A stretch of 64,000 bases of DNA, taken from Trichinella spiralis (lineage: Eukaryota). Where the stretch lies: positions 2,640,661-2,704,660 of the forward strand of contig NW_003526941.1 in assembly GCF_000181795.1 (NCBI RefSeq). Reading direction: 5' to 3'. Of the stretch, positions 25,186-36,609 are shown one piece after another. Positions within the stretch are counted from its first letter, which is position 1. Each line of letters begins with the position of its first letter. The notes beneath the pieces were generated by a model, which saw only the letters and a list, made by a program, of their open reading frames with translations, was not told where the DNA came from and did not search any database. Made by a program: the position numbers and the translations under genes.

Positions 25186-27673
25186 TATTCACCTTCTACA
25201 AGCGATACTTACCTCTCGGTGAAAATAAGTTGCTTTGCTCTCCGCAGTGTGAGTACTGGCAAGCAAATTGTCAATTTGTGATTGATAGCTTTTTCGAATC
25301 AAATCATAATCATTGCATATTTCTGTTTTGTCAGCTGATGAATGTAACATTAACTTTGTTCGTAGTAATTCATTTTCCGATTTTAGACAAACGTTTTCAT
25401 TTTGAATTTCCAACATATTTTCTCTTAACGCACTCATCTGAACAGAAAAAAAACATTAGAAAAATGCTTGTTTTTCTGTTGAATATAAACTGCGCAATAA
25501 CCTCGCTGAATATCATCTGGTCACTTTCACTATCCAAAAATGGTGTATCACTACTTAACAAATCTAAAGCCATCTATAAATGATATACATTTATGCAATT
25601 ATGATGCTGAAAAGTTTGCCATCTATCTACAGCTTTGTCTTATACTTTGTCAGTTACACGTGAATTGTTCAACTCGATGGCAGGAGTAAATTCTCTCTGC
25701 TCTATTCCGCTGTCCTGAACGGCTGCCTGCTTTTCGACCAGTAATGTTTTCAAGCTGTTCAGAACGGACAGCATCTAAAGAATTGATTAAAAAAAAGTTT
25801 TCTGTAACTCTGTTTCAATAATGCTATTCTTACACGCTGTGATGCGTCGTAAATCAAATCCAACGAACTGAGCACTTTCACGTTGGATCCTAAAGATGTT
25901 GAATTCAAATGTTGCAAATTTTTCTCATGCTCCACTTTCGTACTGTAAGACTGTTGTAATACTGAAGTAGAGAAGAAAGTAATTTGAAATAACAAAAATG
26001 AAAACAACAACCAACATTATTTACAATTTGCCGATTGAATTAGCCGTTGCAAAAGTGACACTGCTGTATGAAAACAACTGTTGGAAGCAAGTTCATCGTC
26101 AACAATTAACCTGAGCAGTTGCTGAGCGCTGTCGAAATATTGGTCCAGTCGTTCAGCGACGTTTTCATTAGCTAATCGAAGTTCATCATTACACCAATCG
26201 GCTGTGCATTCGTTTAAAATACTATATAAATAAAATATATTTACAATTAAGAGATAAAATTTCCACTGCTCATTTACCAACGAGCCATAATCCTTGTATG
26301 ATTGAGAAAATCTGAATAATCACGCAGAATGCTGATTATTGGTTCGAAATGGATCCTCTGCTAAAATTGAACAATCAACAGAACTTTTTATTGAAGATTT
26401 TTTTTAAAAAAACACATACCAAACTATTAGTATTCAAAGGTGGTTCAACTGCTTTGAGTCTAGCAACTTCGAGTAATCGTTGACAGATTGGGCGCCCTTT
26501 CAAGCATACAGTAACCAACTATATAAATCAGAGCATATGTTGTTTCAAAAGTGTATGTTCGGTAATTTTCTAGATTACTTCCTGACTGAGATTACAATTT
26601 TTGGCAAGAAAACGACTTCGAGATTCGTAACATGTAAATAAATCCGAATGCGCACTAGCCAAGTCTTTTAGCGCGTTGAACATTTCAACAAGTGCTGTGG
26701 GAAAATTTTCTAAATAAAAATGGACAAGTACAGAAATTCAAATTTGAAATTATTACCAGAGTCTGCTTTGGAATTGCCATTTTTTTCACCGGTAGAACAA
26801 TTAGAGGAACTATAAAAATGCAAACAATTTGTTAGAGCAAACTTTCTTTGTTCACTGTACAACATTTACATTGAAGCTAAATTTGAACCATCTTCTTTAA
26901 GCTCGGTAACAATAATGCTTTTTTGTTGTTCAACAGATTTTTGCGTCGCTGCCAGGCGCGTTTCGTGTACAATGGCCAATTCATTTTGATATAATTCAGC
27001 CTGACGTTGAATGGAATTCAATTTTTCTGACAAACCGTAAAGTTCGTGCTCATGAACATCTTCCAGTTCGTGAATCTGTAGAAAAACGTGACCAAGAAAT
27101 CATTATTAAAATGGAAAATCAAAAATGAACACCAACAAGCTCTACCTTGCGATGCAACTGTTCATTTTCGACAAGCTTGCAGCGAAGTTCTTCTTCAAGA
27201 ACTTGAGTTCGCTGTTCCAAATACCACGCGTCGCTGGTGACAGATTTGGCTTGGTTTGTCTTCTGACGAAAGCTGGCCCGAATCTTCAACAGTCCAGACG
27301 TGGGTACGGTATTGCCGAACTCATTTTGCAACCGTTCAATTCGTTTGATCAGATGCGAATTGTTCAACTTTAAACTACTCAATTCGGATTCCAGTTGAAA
27401 AATTTGAGCATCTTTTGCATGCAATTTTTGCTACAAAATTTCGTTACAGTGTTGAAATTTTTTCTGATAATCATGCATACCATCACTTCGGAAAATTTCA
27501 CTTCCCCATCAACAACTGCTTGCTTTAATATTGGAACTTGAGCGCGCAGCTGAAATGAAATTATATTAACTTCAACTTAAAAACAACAACGCAAGCCGGC
27601 TAACTTTCATATATTCTTCGGCAACTCTTTTATAATTTCCTTGCAATGTTTCAGCAGCAACTTCAGTCGACAT
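24800..27673 (-). CDS. PPP1R21: Protein phosphatase 1 regulatory subunit 21 (KLRAQ-motif coiled-coil protein), multi-exon
   Basis: N-terminal NYKRVAEEYMK|LRAQVPILKQAVVD (KLRAQ motif across an intron), SLKLNNSHLIKRIERLQNE, C-terminal DELETTRLGYEGQLSSLSEHMAQMN. Confidence 0.9.
25146..25182. repeat. (TA)n microsatellite in a PPP1R21 intron
   Basis: Directly visible. Confidence 0.95.
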
Positions 27674-28680
27674 GATGAGAAAAATATCACAGTTGCTCAA
27701 ATCATGTCTGAAAGCACTCGTGTTTGCCTCTTTTGTTTTTACATTGAAAATTATATTTATATTGTGAAAAGTTTTCTTCACTTTTAAATAAAATAAAATA
27801 AACTAGGCAATTTACCTTGAACATATATTGCAATATTTTGTTAAAAGTATGAACCTACCAAGTGAAGTTTTATTTATTCAAACAAGTTTTTATAGTTTAT
27901 TGAACAATAAACCATAAAATTCTATTCACGACTACAATTAACCACACAACCAGACCATGAACAAAGAAGGACAAATGATATAAAAATTGCTCTTGTTTCT
28001 GCATACTGTAAATTTAAAATAAATGCAAGGTTAACTTTCAAAAATTACTAGTTTAATGCTTTTTGTTTTGGGGAATTGAAAAATATCAACTTTCATAGTA
28101 TCCGTATTGTTACGTCAAAATATTTAATATGGCAGTAATGATAAATTAAAAATTTATTATCAAGCAACTTTTCACTTTTCAGATCCTCTCAGAACAAAAT
28201 TATATTTGTAATTTAACTAAATTTTCTAACAAAAAGCAATTTTTTAATTAATTAATGTAAATTATAAATTGTTAAATCTTGATTTGCTGTTTACTGTAAT
28301 CTGCGAATGTTTTGAAACGACTGTAAATTTTTGCCAACTGTTTCGAACGTTTTCATACTATTGCCAAAGCTGCATTCAGCTTTTACATTTGCAGAATGAG
28401 AAATGAGCAATGGAATATCAAATGGAAGTATTCCAAAAGAATAACAAATTCAGGTAAGCATAATATTTAAATTTACTAATGACTGTTGCCTGCGTGGGTG
28501 AAAACACTGGTCAGAAAGGGAGAGAAAGTCATCACGTCTTTTTATTGCTTGTAATTTCATCCTGAAATCAGAAGAAGATGCACCGCGCCGAAATTGTTTC
28601 AAAAAGGAAATTCTGATATAGAAATGGAACGGCGTGTGGAAGAAATTAACAAAACCAAATAAAGGCCGGTTCGATTTATA

Positions 28681-30100
28681 TCATTGCACGTTTTGGGGTT
28701 GACTGACCACACCGTTGGCCGTTGTTTGTTGGTCTGCAGATTGTTGTTGCTTCTGTTGTTGTTCACATTTTGTTGACTTTTCTTCGTCATGTGACGATTG
28801 CTTCAGTGGCGTTGAGATTAAGCTGCAAGCGTATGCTAGGAAAACGCCAGCGGCGGTTAGCTGGAGGACAGAGAGAACCACCATGAGGATGTCGACCGTT
28901 TCTTTCATTGGCGACCCTAACGCCGTACCGGCGAAATGATTGAGCGACTGGGTTGCTAAAATTATAAATGGAGTAAACTGAAAAATTTGAAGCGTCTAAT
29001 TTAAATTTACCAGCGAAAATGGGAAAAAGCAAAAATACACACTGCAATGTAGCCATGACGAAACTTGCCAACAAAAGGCAGTTGTTTTGACGTTTCAGTC
29101 CACTGAGAGCGATAATGCCGACAATTAAAACGTATATTCCAACGAGACACTCGACTCCAGTGGCCATGTGAGTGGCGAATACTTTTCTCAATATTCCAAG
29201 CAGCGAAATAGTTGAACCAAGCAGCATGTGGATGACGCTGATGATGCGGAGCATTTTTTTCACTTGCGGCTTGCCAGCGCTGTTGGTGTTGTTGGGTTGA
29301 ATTGTGGCTTGTGGTATTTTTTGTTCGAAATTTGTCGTCGTCGGTGATTTTCCATTGCACGCAGGCATGGTCATCATCCACTGTTGAGCCGTGGGCGTGT
29401 ACGCATAGGCGGCCCAAGGTGGAATCGTTGGAGCATATGGCAACGGCACTGCGCTCGGATCGTACGCAACTGCTGCCATCGGTGCTTGGAATTGAGCCGG
29501 ATAAGCGGCCTGCTGTTGAGGAAGACTCAGCGGTAAGCGTCTGGTTTGGGTGTTGTTGGATGTCGACTTTGAAGCTGGTGGATTCAAATCAGCGCCACTC
29601 AAATCGACATTCGACCTGTGCATGGTGTAGGAATTGCGCCATGCCGCGGCCAGGCTATTTGGCGTGGTTCGTCCTCCATCGTCTGCTTGATCTCCACCGT
29701 TCTGGCCGAAATCTTGGTTGTTCTCGTGTGGGCGTTGCTTTGCCAGGTTGAGCGAGTGACAGTCAACGCTGGAACCTTTATTTCGCTTGCAATCGACGCC
29801 ACCACGAAATGGTGTGTACCTTGTTGAAAGAGAGATGATGCTGTTCAATAATTCTGATATTCATTAATTTGCTTACTTTTGTTCAGACGAAATCCACTCA
29901 GCCTGGACGCCGTTGACCAACGATTTGGACTTGTAATGTCGCATGGGTGACATCTCACTCACTGCAGATGTACGACGCGCTAGCTGTATTTGCCCTGCTT
30001 GGGGTTCTGATGTCGGGCAAGCGGCAACGAATTGATTCAACTCGTTGGTCATCGAAAGTCTTCTCTGAAGCGGATAGCCAACTGGCACTTTCTGCATCAT
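28681..30100 (-). CDS. Four-TM membrane protein, MS4A/CD20-like, with long low-complexity N-terminus (at least 3 exons; may extend upstream)
   Basis: In-frame splices SEQK|YTPF and FA|ATQSLNH; four hydrophobic helices (ISVIHMLLGSTISLLGIL; GVECLVGIYVLIVGIIALSG; CLLLASFVMATLQCVFLLF; ILMVVLSVLQLTAAGVFLAYAC) with MS4A-like spacing. Confidence 0.65.
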
Positions 30101-31377
30101 CTCTGAACAACACTGTCTTGTTAAAAAGCATCTTCAAACAAAGTAAGTAGTTTCATTCATTTTTATTGTTTTTATTTTTCAATTTCCTTTGTTTATTTGT
30201 TTATTTGTTTGCTTTTTTCCTTTTTTTTCTTTGCATGGGCGTTGAATAATTTTCATCTTGCATGCAATAGGACGCGTTGACTGTATTTTCGCGCTGTTTA
30301 CAAGTAACTAAGGTCATCGATTTTCCGATACAATGCAAAGCATCTTTCGGTACAATCTTCCAAGTGGTCCATTTTAATGTAGACAAATATTTTTAGAAAA
30401 AAAAGCATCTTCTCTCATTTTCAGCAGCGTAAACAGTATTTCAATTTCAACAATTCATCGAAGGGTTTTGAAGTGTTGGAAGTTGTTTCATTCATAAGAA
30501 ATGTTATTCCATTTTAGAACAGGCATGGAAAATTTCACATATTCTATCAAAAAAACTTGTCAAATGAAATTTGGAATAGAATGGCTTTTCAAATTAAGCT
30601 GTTGCGAAAAAATTTGTTGTAGATTTAATTTAATTATCAACGAATAATTTTTTGTATTCCACTTTTATCCAATGCAAAGTCAGTTTAGCGGATTGGGTAA
30701 ATTTGATGAGACAGCAAAGCAATTTAAAGGTGGAATTTTCAGTACAACGTTTTGTTGTGCATTGAATTTTTTTTTATCATTATTAGCTAGATTCAAATTT
30801 CTCTATATTATTAGCCGCAAAGAATGCGGGGTCACTCACATGTTCACTGTTGCAGTCATGTAAACTTTCCGTTTTATGCGGCGGCATGTTCGGGGTGAAT
30901 GTCACCATGCCCATTCGCTGATGACAGCACAGATAAATAAACTTTGACATTGATAATTATGACATCGACGTTTTTCCATGGTAATTTTTCTTTTATTTAT
31001 ACAAAAAACTTTTCTTTATGTATATAGATTCTACATATGCATATGAGATTTGCAATTTCTAGTCTTTGTTGAAAATAGCACAACATTTTTCTTTAAATTG
31101 AATTTCAACTTTTAAATTTATATCCATCTTATTTTGCACAATATCAGTGTAAAATAGTTGATTTGTTGCAAATTGTTCTGCAAGCAAATCTGGCAATATT
31201 TACGGTGATTGAAAACAAGAAACAAAAAGAAGATAATCTCAAAATCAGTTTATTATATGATAAAATATTTTCATTAAAAGCAACGGCTTGAAGTAATTAA
31301 TTTGTTTGCTTTTTTTAAAATTTCAACTCAACCATTATTAGCAGTGTGATTTTGATTTTCAAGTTAAAGTTTTGTCT

Positions 31378-31378
31378 A

Positions 31379-31407
<29 letters not shown>
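31378..31407. repeat. (TTG)n microsatellite
   Basis: Directly visible. Confidence 0.9.
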
Positions 31408-31409
<2 letters not shown>

Positions 31410-32522
31410 CCTTAATTTTAAATTGTATTTATAAGAAATTTGAATATTGAAATAGTTCAATTATAAATACTTTGTAAAATTTCGCTTACCATGGTTAGCC
31501 GGAGTGAGCATGGTTTTCGCTTTGGTCAGCTTCGGGAAGAGAGGTAGAGGCAGCGTGAGAGGGATGCGCGTGCTGTTGGTGACTTCTTTGGCAGCTAGTG
31601 TGCGCTCTGTTGAGCACGTTTTCACTTTTGTGCCAGCTTGGCATTTGGTGAAGAATTTGACCTTTCCCCATATTTCTTCTACACTTTTGGCTCCAGTGTT
31701 CGGCGTGCTAGAGACGAATTGGTCACGACCTTTTCTGTCAGATGTTTTTGTCCACCACAATTGATGACCACTAGGAAATTGTTAATATTTTTTCTTCTCT
31801 ATCTTATGTTAATTTTTCTTTATTTTAAATTTTTAAAATATCCATTCAAAATAAAGCAGTTTAGTTTATCTTATTTAATGATAAAAGAAAAAAAACATTG
31901 GTTTCCATTTCTTCTACATATTACTCTTTGATGTGTTTCACAAAGTGGACAATTTGCTGTAAAAGGGGCAAAATTTGAATAATTGCAAATATTATACTGT
32001 ACGGTTGAATAAGAAAGTGAAATATTTGCAATTTGAAATTGGGACCAAATTGTCTGACCTCTGCATGGAGAATGGTTGGTAAATAGTTACAGTTTGGTGC
32101 ATAAAATGAACAATAAAAGCAAGCAGTAAATTTGCCAAATGACAAACAGTGTCAGATGCTATCGGAAAAGTTGATTGAATCTTATTGAACGAGGTTAATT
32201 GCAACGAGTGTTCAAATAGTTCTGAAGTTCGATTTGAACTGCAAATATTATAAGATGCGATTGCATATTTTTTTGACGGTGCTGTGATGTGCTAATATAG
32301 TTTAATGTGAAAATTAGTTCATCGAAACGCTGTAAAATAGTATTGATTTTTATTTGCTCATAATGAAAAAGTAAGACAATGGACAATTATTATGCAAGGG
32401 GAATATTCATCGTAAAATTGATTCTCTTCAAATGAATTCCACTGAAGACAGTTACAAATGAAAAGTCACTCTTTCCTTTTTTATGCTTGATTGTAGAATG
32501 TTTTTTTTTCAATTCTTCATTA

Positions 32523-33557
32523 TTAATATTTTATTTTTATTTTTATTTTATCAGGTAAATGTCGTAAAGTATGCTTGATTGATGTGAATAGGATTTTAAC
32601 ATTTTGCTGAAATTGTTGATTCAGTTGAAAAAGAAGAATAAAATACGCCAGTCCTTCTAAATGGAAAAACACATCGAATGAATTATACCAAAGCGGGCTT
32701 TCGGCAACGTCGACTATGGGCGAGTAATTGTTGATCAATTCACCGAAACAAACGGCAAAACAGTAGACACCAAACGTACCGAAAATGATGTAGTAGAACG
32801 GATCTTTGGCCTTGGGTGGCACCGTATGCATTGTGGTACTTTGTTCATTTGATTGGGAATTCGAATATCTGCTGGAAATAATCCAATAGACAATCAGCAG
32901 ATCAATTAGAAAGGTGAAACAAACCAAAGCTGGAAATTGGGAAAGTGAACGAATTTGCTTTTGTGTAATCACTAAGCTAAGCATGTGACACAGCGGCATC
33001 ATATAATCGTCGACGCACAAACTGCGCACATAAGTTACAAATGCGGTGATCACGAGCACACAGATTGGTTGCATTATGTTCAACATTGTCGATATTTTGG
33101 TTGTTAGCAAAGTTGGCGTGAATACGGACGTGTGCCAGTGGGAGGCGACGACGAAAAAAATATTCTCCAGAATGCAGTTGCACAATCTGATTGGGAAAAG
33201 TTGCCAAAAGCATTCAACGCTGGAGATGGCCGGGTTGCGTTGGCGGGTGTATGAAAGCAATGTTGCCACGCTGGTGTAGACCACGCCCAGACCTTTGATC
33301 ATGAATGTGATCGTCAGGTATATATTGCACACCTCTGCATTGTCGTTGTCACTTTGAATATCTTTGAAAATTGTGATGCAGCTGATGAAATTCACTAGCG
33401 TCGTACTGATGCCAATTACGATGGTTACCACCAAACTTGTGAGGATGATGATCAATGATGCTTGACTAGGCATTTTGAACAGTTGTGAACAAGTTGCATT
33501 GTCCCAATAGGTTTCATTCGATTCTTCATTGATAACAGCCATGCACAAACGAGACAT
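32523..33557 (-). CDS. Intronless 7-TM receptor (divergent GPCR, nematode Srsx-like)
   Basis: 344-aa ORF with N-terminal N-glycosylation sequons, about 7 hydrophobic segments, Cys before TM3 and a C-terminal NQQFQQNVKILF helix. Confidence 0.75.
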   Translation of the reverse strand: MSRLCMAVINEESNETYWDNATCSQLFKMPSQASLIIILTSLVVTIVIGISTTLVNFISCITIFKDIQSDNDNAEVCNIYLTITFMIKGLGVVYTSVATLLSYTRQRNPAISSVECFWQLFPIRLCNCILENIFFVVASHWHTSVFTPTLLTTKISTMLNIMQPICVLVITAFVTYVRSLCVDDYMMPLCHMLSLVITQKQIRSLSQFPALVCFTFLIDLLIVYWIISSRYSNSQSNEQSTTMHTVPPKAKDPFYYIIFGTFGVYCFAVCFGELINNYSPIVDVAESPLWYNSFDVFFHLEGLAYFILLFQLNQQFQQNVKILFTSIKHTLRHLPDKIKIKIKY

Positions 33558-34550
33558 TGATGCTTTTCTTCTTATTTTCCTTTCTTAACTTTTTCTCACT
33601 TTCCAACTCAGTCAGTCAGTCACTTGTCGAAAATTTTCATTTCTGAAAAAAAAATTTTCTCACGATTCATGCTTGTGCATATGCTGCTTGATATATGGAA
33701 ATGAAATGTGTCGCTAAAACAGTAGTAGAATTGCAATCATTTGCTGTTTGTTTTTCGTGTTTCCATGGATATATTAGAAATAGACATGCAGTCAGTTTCC
33801 TTTTCAAATTGATAACTTTGAAATATTTGTGTACTTAGTTAGCGGCGAAAAATTAAAATTATACATTCTTAATTGTGAATGAAAAATTTATATTGTTGAC
33901 GAAACAGTAATTTTTCCCTTATTTAAATGTTTATTTTAATTAAATTTCTTGCTTCACTTGAAGTGGCAGTGAAAAAAATTTCTCCAATTATTAATAGTCA
34001 TGTAGAGTATGACTATTATTGAAACATATTGGTTTCAACTTTTACGTTTCATTACTTGTTAATGCTGTTATGATTTTTATGCTTTTTCATTGATTATTCC
34101 AGTCGAGAGAAGCCTATAATGGAGGAATTGGTGATTTTTAAGCGCCATTAATTAATTGTTAGAAAGAATAAATTTTAATAATAATAATAATTCATTACGC
34201 ATTAGCGGGGTTTATTATAAGCGACGTTTTGTGCTTGAATGGGAAAATATTATTGAATACTCAATTAAATTTATGCGTACATTTTACACCTTCCGCCGTG
34301 AGAGGAGAATAATTTTCCACAATATTTCAACAGGAAATAACAATTTATCGTTTACTTGAGTAATGTTGACATTTTGCAGAAGCATTATGTTCACCTTTTG
34401 GCAATGAGTTTTAAACTGATTGCGATATCACTTCGATTGATAAGTGATTGATAAAGTGTTTAGAAGCTAAATTTTATTTTCTCATTATTGTAACATAAGT
34501 GCAATTGTGAGTGGATTTGAAAAGAAAAATTAAAATTACCTGAAAAAAAA

Positions 34551-35543
34551 TTAATCTTTTGCCAAAGACGAGCCAACAACTGTGATAGATATTTGATTGT
34601 TCGAATGTTGTTGATGGCCACACAAGTTGAAACATTTTCTAATAAGTCGCTTCACTGATAATCTGTATTCTGCAGATGTGGTGTAGAAAACGCAAAAGCT
34701 GATCAAACCGCTGAAATCCACCAGCACTACAAAATTGCCATAAAAAATGCCTGTGATGAGATCACTTTGTGCCAAGGAAATTTCTTCGAGCACGGTACCG
34801 GTAACCAAAGTAGCCGTGTATGAAGCGCAGCTGATGCACAACGTAGTCAGTATGCGTCGACGTTTGCGGTGGCGCATTTCCATACCACTCTGCACTCGAT
34901 TCATTCGACTGTAGTGTATGCGTAGCATCAACGAGATGCAAAAGAGCAACGTGACCGCGTGCAGTGACAACACCAGACTTATTTCGAATTTCAAAGTCAC
35001 ATCGCTCCCTTGTGAAATTACTGAACATTGGACAATTGTTTCGTCGACCAGCGTCAAATAGCGCACCGAAAGCATGCCCACACTGAAAAGCATGGCCAGC
35101 GTGATTAATCCGACAGTTGTTGCAAGTTTGTTGTAGTGTTGCCTGTAAAAATGAGGCGTGAATACGGCCACGAATCTGTCGACAGCGGTCAGCAGGAAGC
35201 CGGTCGTCACCATGTACGATCCAAGCTCTCGAACAAACCTCTGCTGGAAGCAGCTCAGTTCAGTTAAAACGAACCCGCTTCTGTTGGGGCCAGACATTCC
35301 ATCGCTCAGACTGATAGTGGAATCGACGATTGCCCCGACACCAGTAACCACGAAACTGGCCGACGAGTATGCAATGAAGATGAACGTGTTGTTGGAGCGC
35401 AGTTTGCGGTTCCAAGCCAACGCCAACGTGCCGATCAGATTCAAACAAGCGTTGACTGCACCGATTGGTAATTTGAACCAGATAGCCCATTTTCTCAACT
35501 GGAATGCTTGTTCAGCAGTTGCGTTCGACTCACCGTCAGCCAT
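34551..35543 (-). CDS. Intronless rhodopsin-like 7-TM GPCR (Srsx-like chemoreceptor)
   Basis: Single ORF from MADGESNAT; NRKLRSN after TM1; SCF...TAVDRFVAVFTPHFY (DRY-like); TSAEYRLSVKRL helix 8. Confidence 0.85.
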   Translation of the reverse strand: MADGESNATAEQAFQLRKWAIWFKLPIGAVNACLNLIGTLALAWNRKLRSNNTFIFIAYSSASFVVTGVGAIVDSTISLSDGMSGPNRSGFVLTELSCFQQRFVRELGSYMVTTGFLLTAVDRFVAVFTPHFYRQHYNKLATTVGLITLAMLFSVGMLSVRYLTLVDETIVQCSVISQGSDVTLKFEISLVLSLHAVTLLFCISLMLRIHYSRMNRVQSGMEMRHRKRRRILTTLCISCASYTATLVTGTVLEEISLAQSDLITGIFYGNFVVLVDFSGLISFCVFYTTSAEYRLSVKRLIRKCFNLCGHQQHSNNQISITVVGSSLAKD

Positions 35544-36609
35544 CGTTTTATCACCTGCAGTAGTTGCAAACGCAAGCAACAAGCTTTAAACATAAATTTC
35601 AAATCAAAACAAATTCGTTACGATGATGGCTGTTGCTTGCTTCAATGACAACTATATGCCAAATTGATCTCCATACTGAATAACGACTACACATTCTAAT
35701 TGGCATCTCTATCTGGTGGCAGTGTTTTCAAATCACTTTATATTGAGCAGTACATTCTGTGAAAATGATGCACAATGTAATTGTATTTTATGATTTATTT
35801 CATTTGGCACGTTTTTTTTTCTTTCAATAGCACAGCAAAAGAGTGGGTAGATATGACTTAAACGAGCGAAAAATGTTGAAAATGATTTCCACTGATCAGA
35901 AAAGCACACTTGTTGGAAGGGGGGGGGGATATCCTGCTTTCCATTTCAATAATTTCCGCCAATTTTCCACTTCCAGCACATCCGTTTCATTGCGTAACTT
36001 TTATTCGCTTCATTCTTCAATTGACAATGTCAAGCTGAAACAATTTCACAATGTTCCTTTATTTGGCAATTTCCTTCCTTTAATATTCATTGCCTTTTTT
36101 CCTATTTTATTACTTTTTCATAAAGTGATGCATAATTAGAAAAATATTGAATTATTGAAAAAAAATCTGAAAGGTCAGAAGCGTTGTTTCTATTCAAAAA
36201 AGGGAAAAGTAATAAACAATTCGAATGATGGAATACTTGCGTTGAAAATTATTGTGAATTTATTTTCTAAAGTGAAATTTAATAATAAATAAATAGTCAT
36301 CTTTATCTTTCCTATTTCAACTCTAGAATCTTAATGTAACATATTGTAATTTTCATCAATTAAACTCTTTTTTGTTTAATAAAAATCTAAATAACCGGGA
36401 TAAAATGAATCCATCGTGTTCTTGTTGAAATTTGTACTTGGTTTTCTTTACATGTAAATTTTGTAAAATACAGTAAGTTTGTACTTGATTTTCCGAAGTG
36501 AAATATGATAGGTATTATTCGGCGATATTTTTGTTGTTTCGAAATTTTTCTCAAAAGATAGGTGGTGATGCTTCACTAGTTTGTGTAAAAGATATTTTTC
36601 GAAAAGTTG

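Noticed and set aside
34530..34550. Minus-strand TTTTTTTTCAG|GTAATT as a recursive splice site
   Set aside because: A single motif in AT-rich DNA just after a GPCR stop, with no supporting context.
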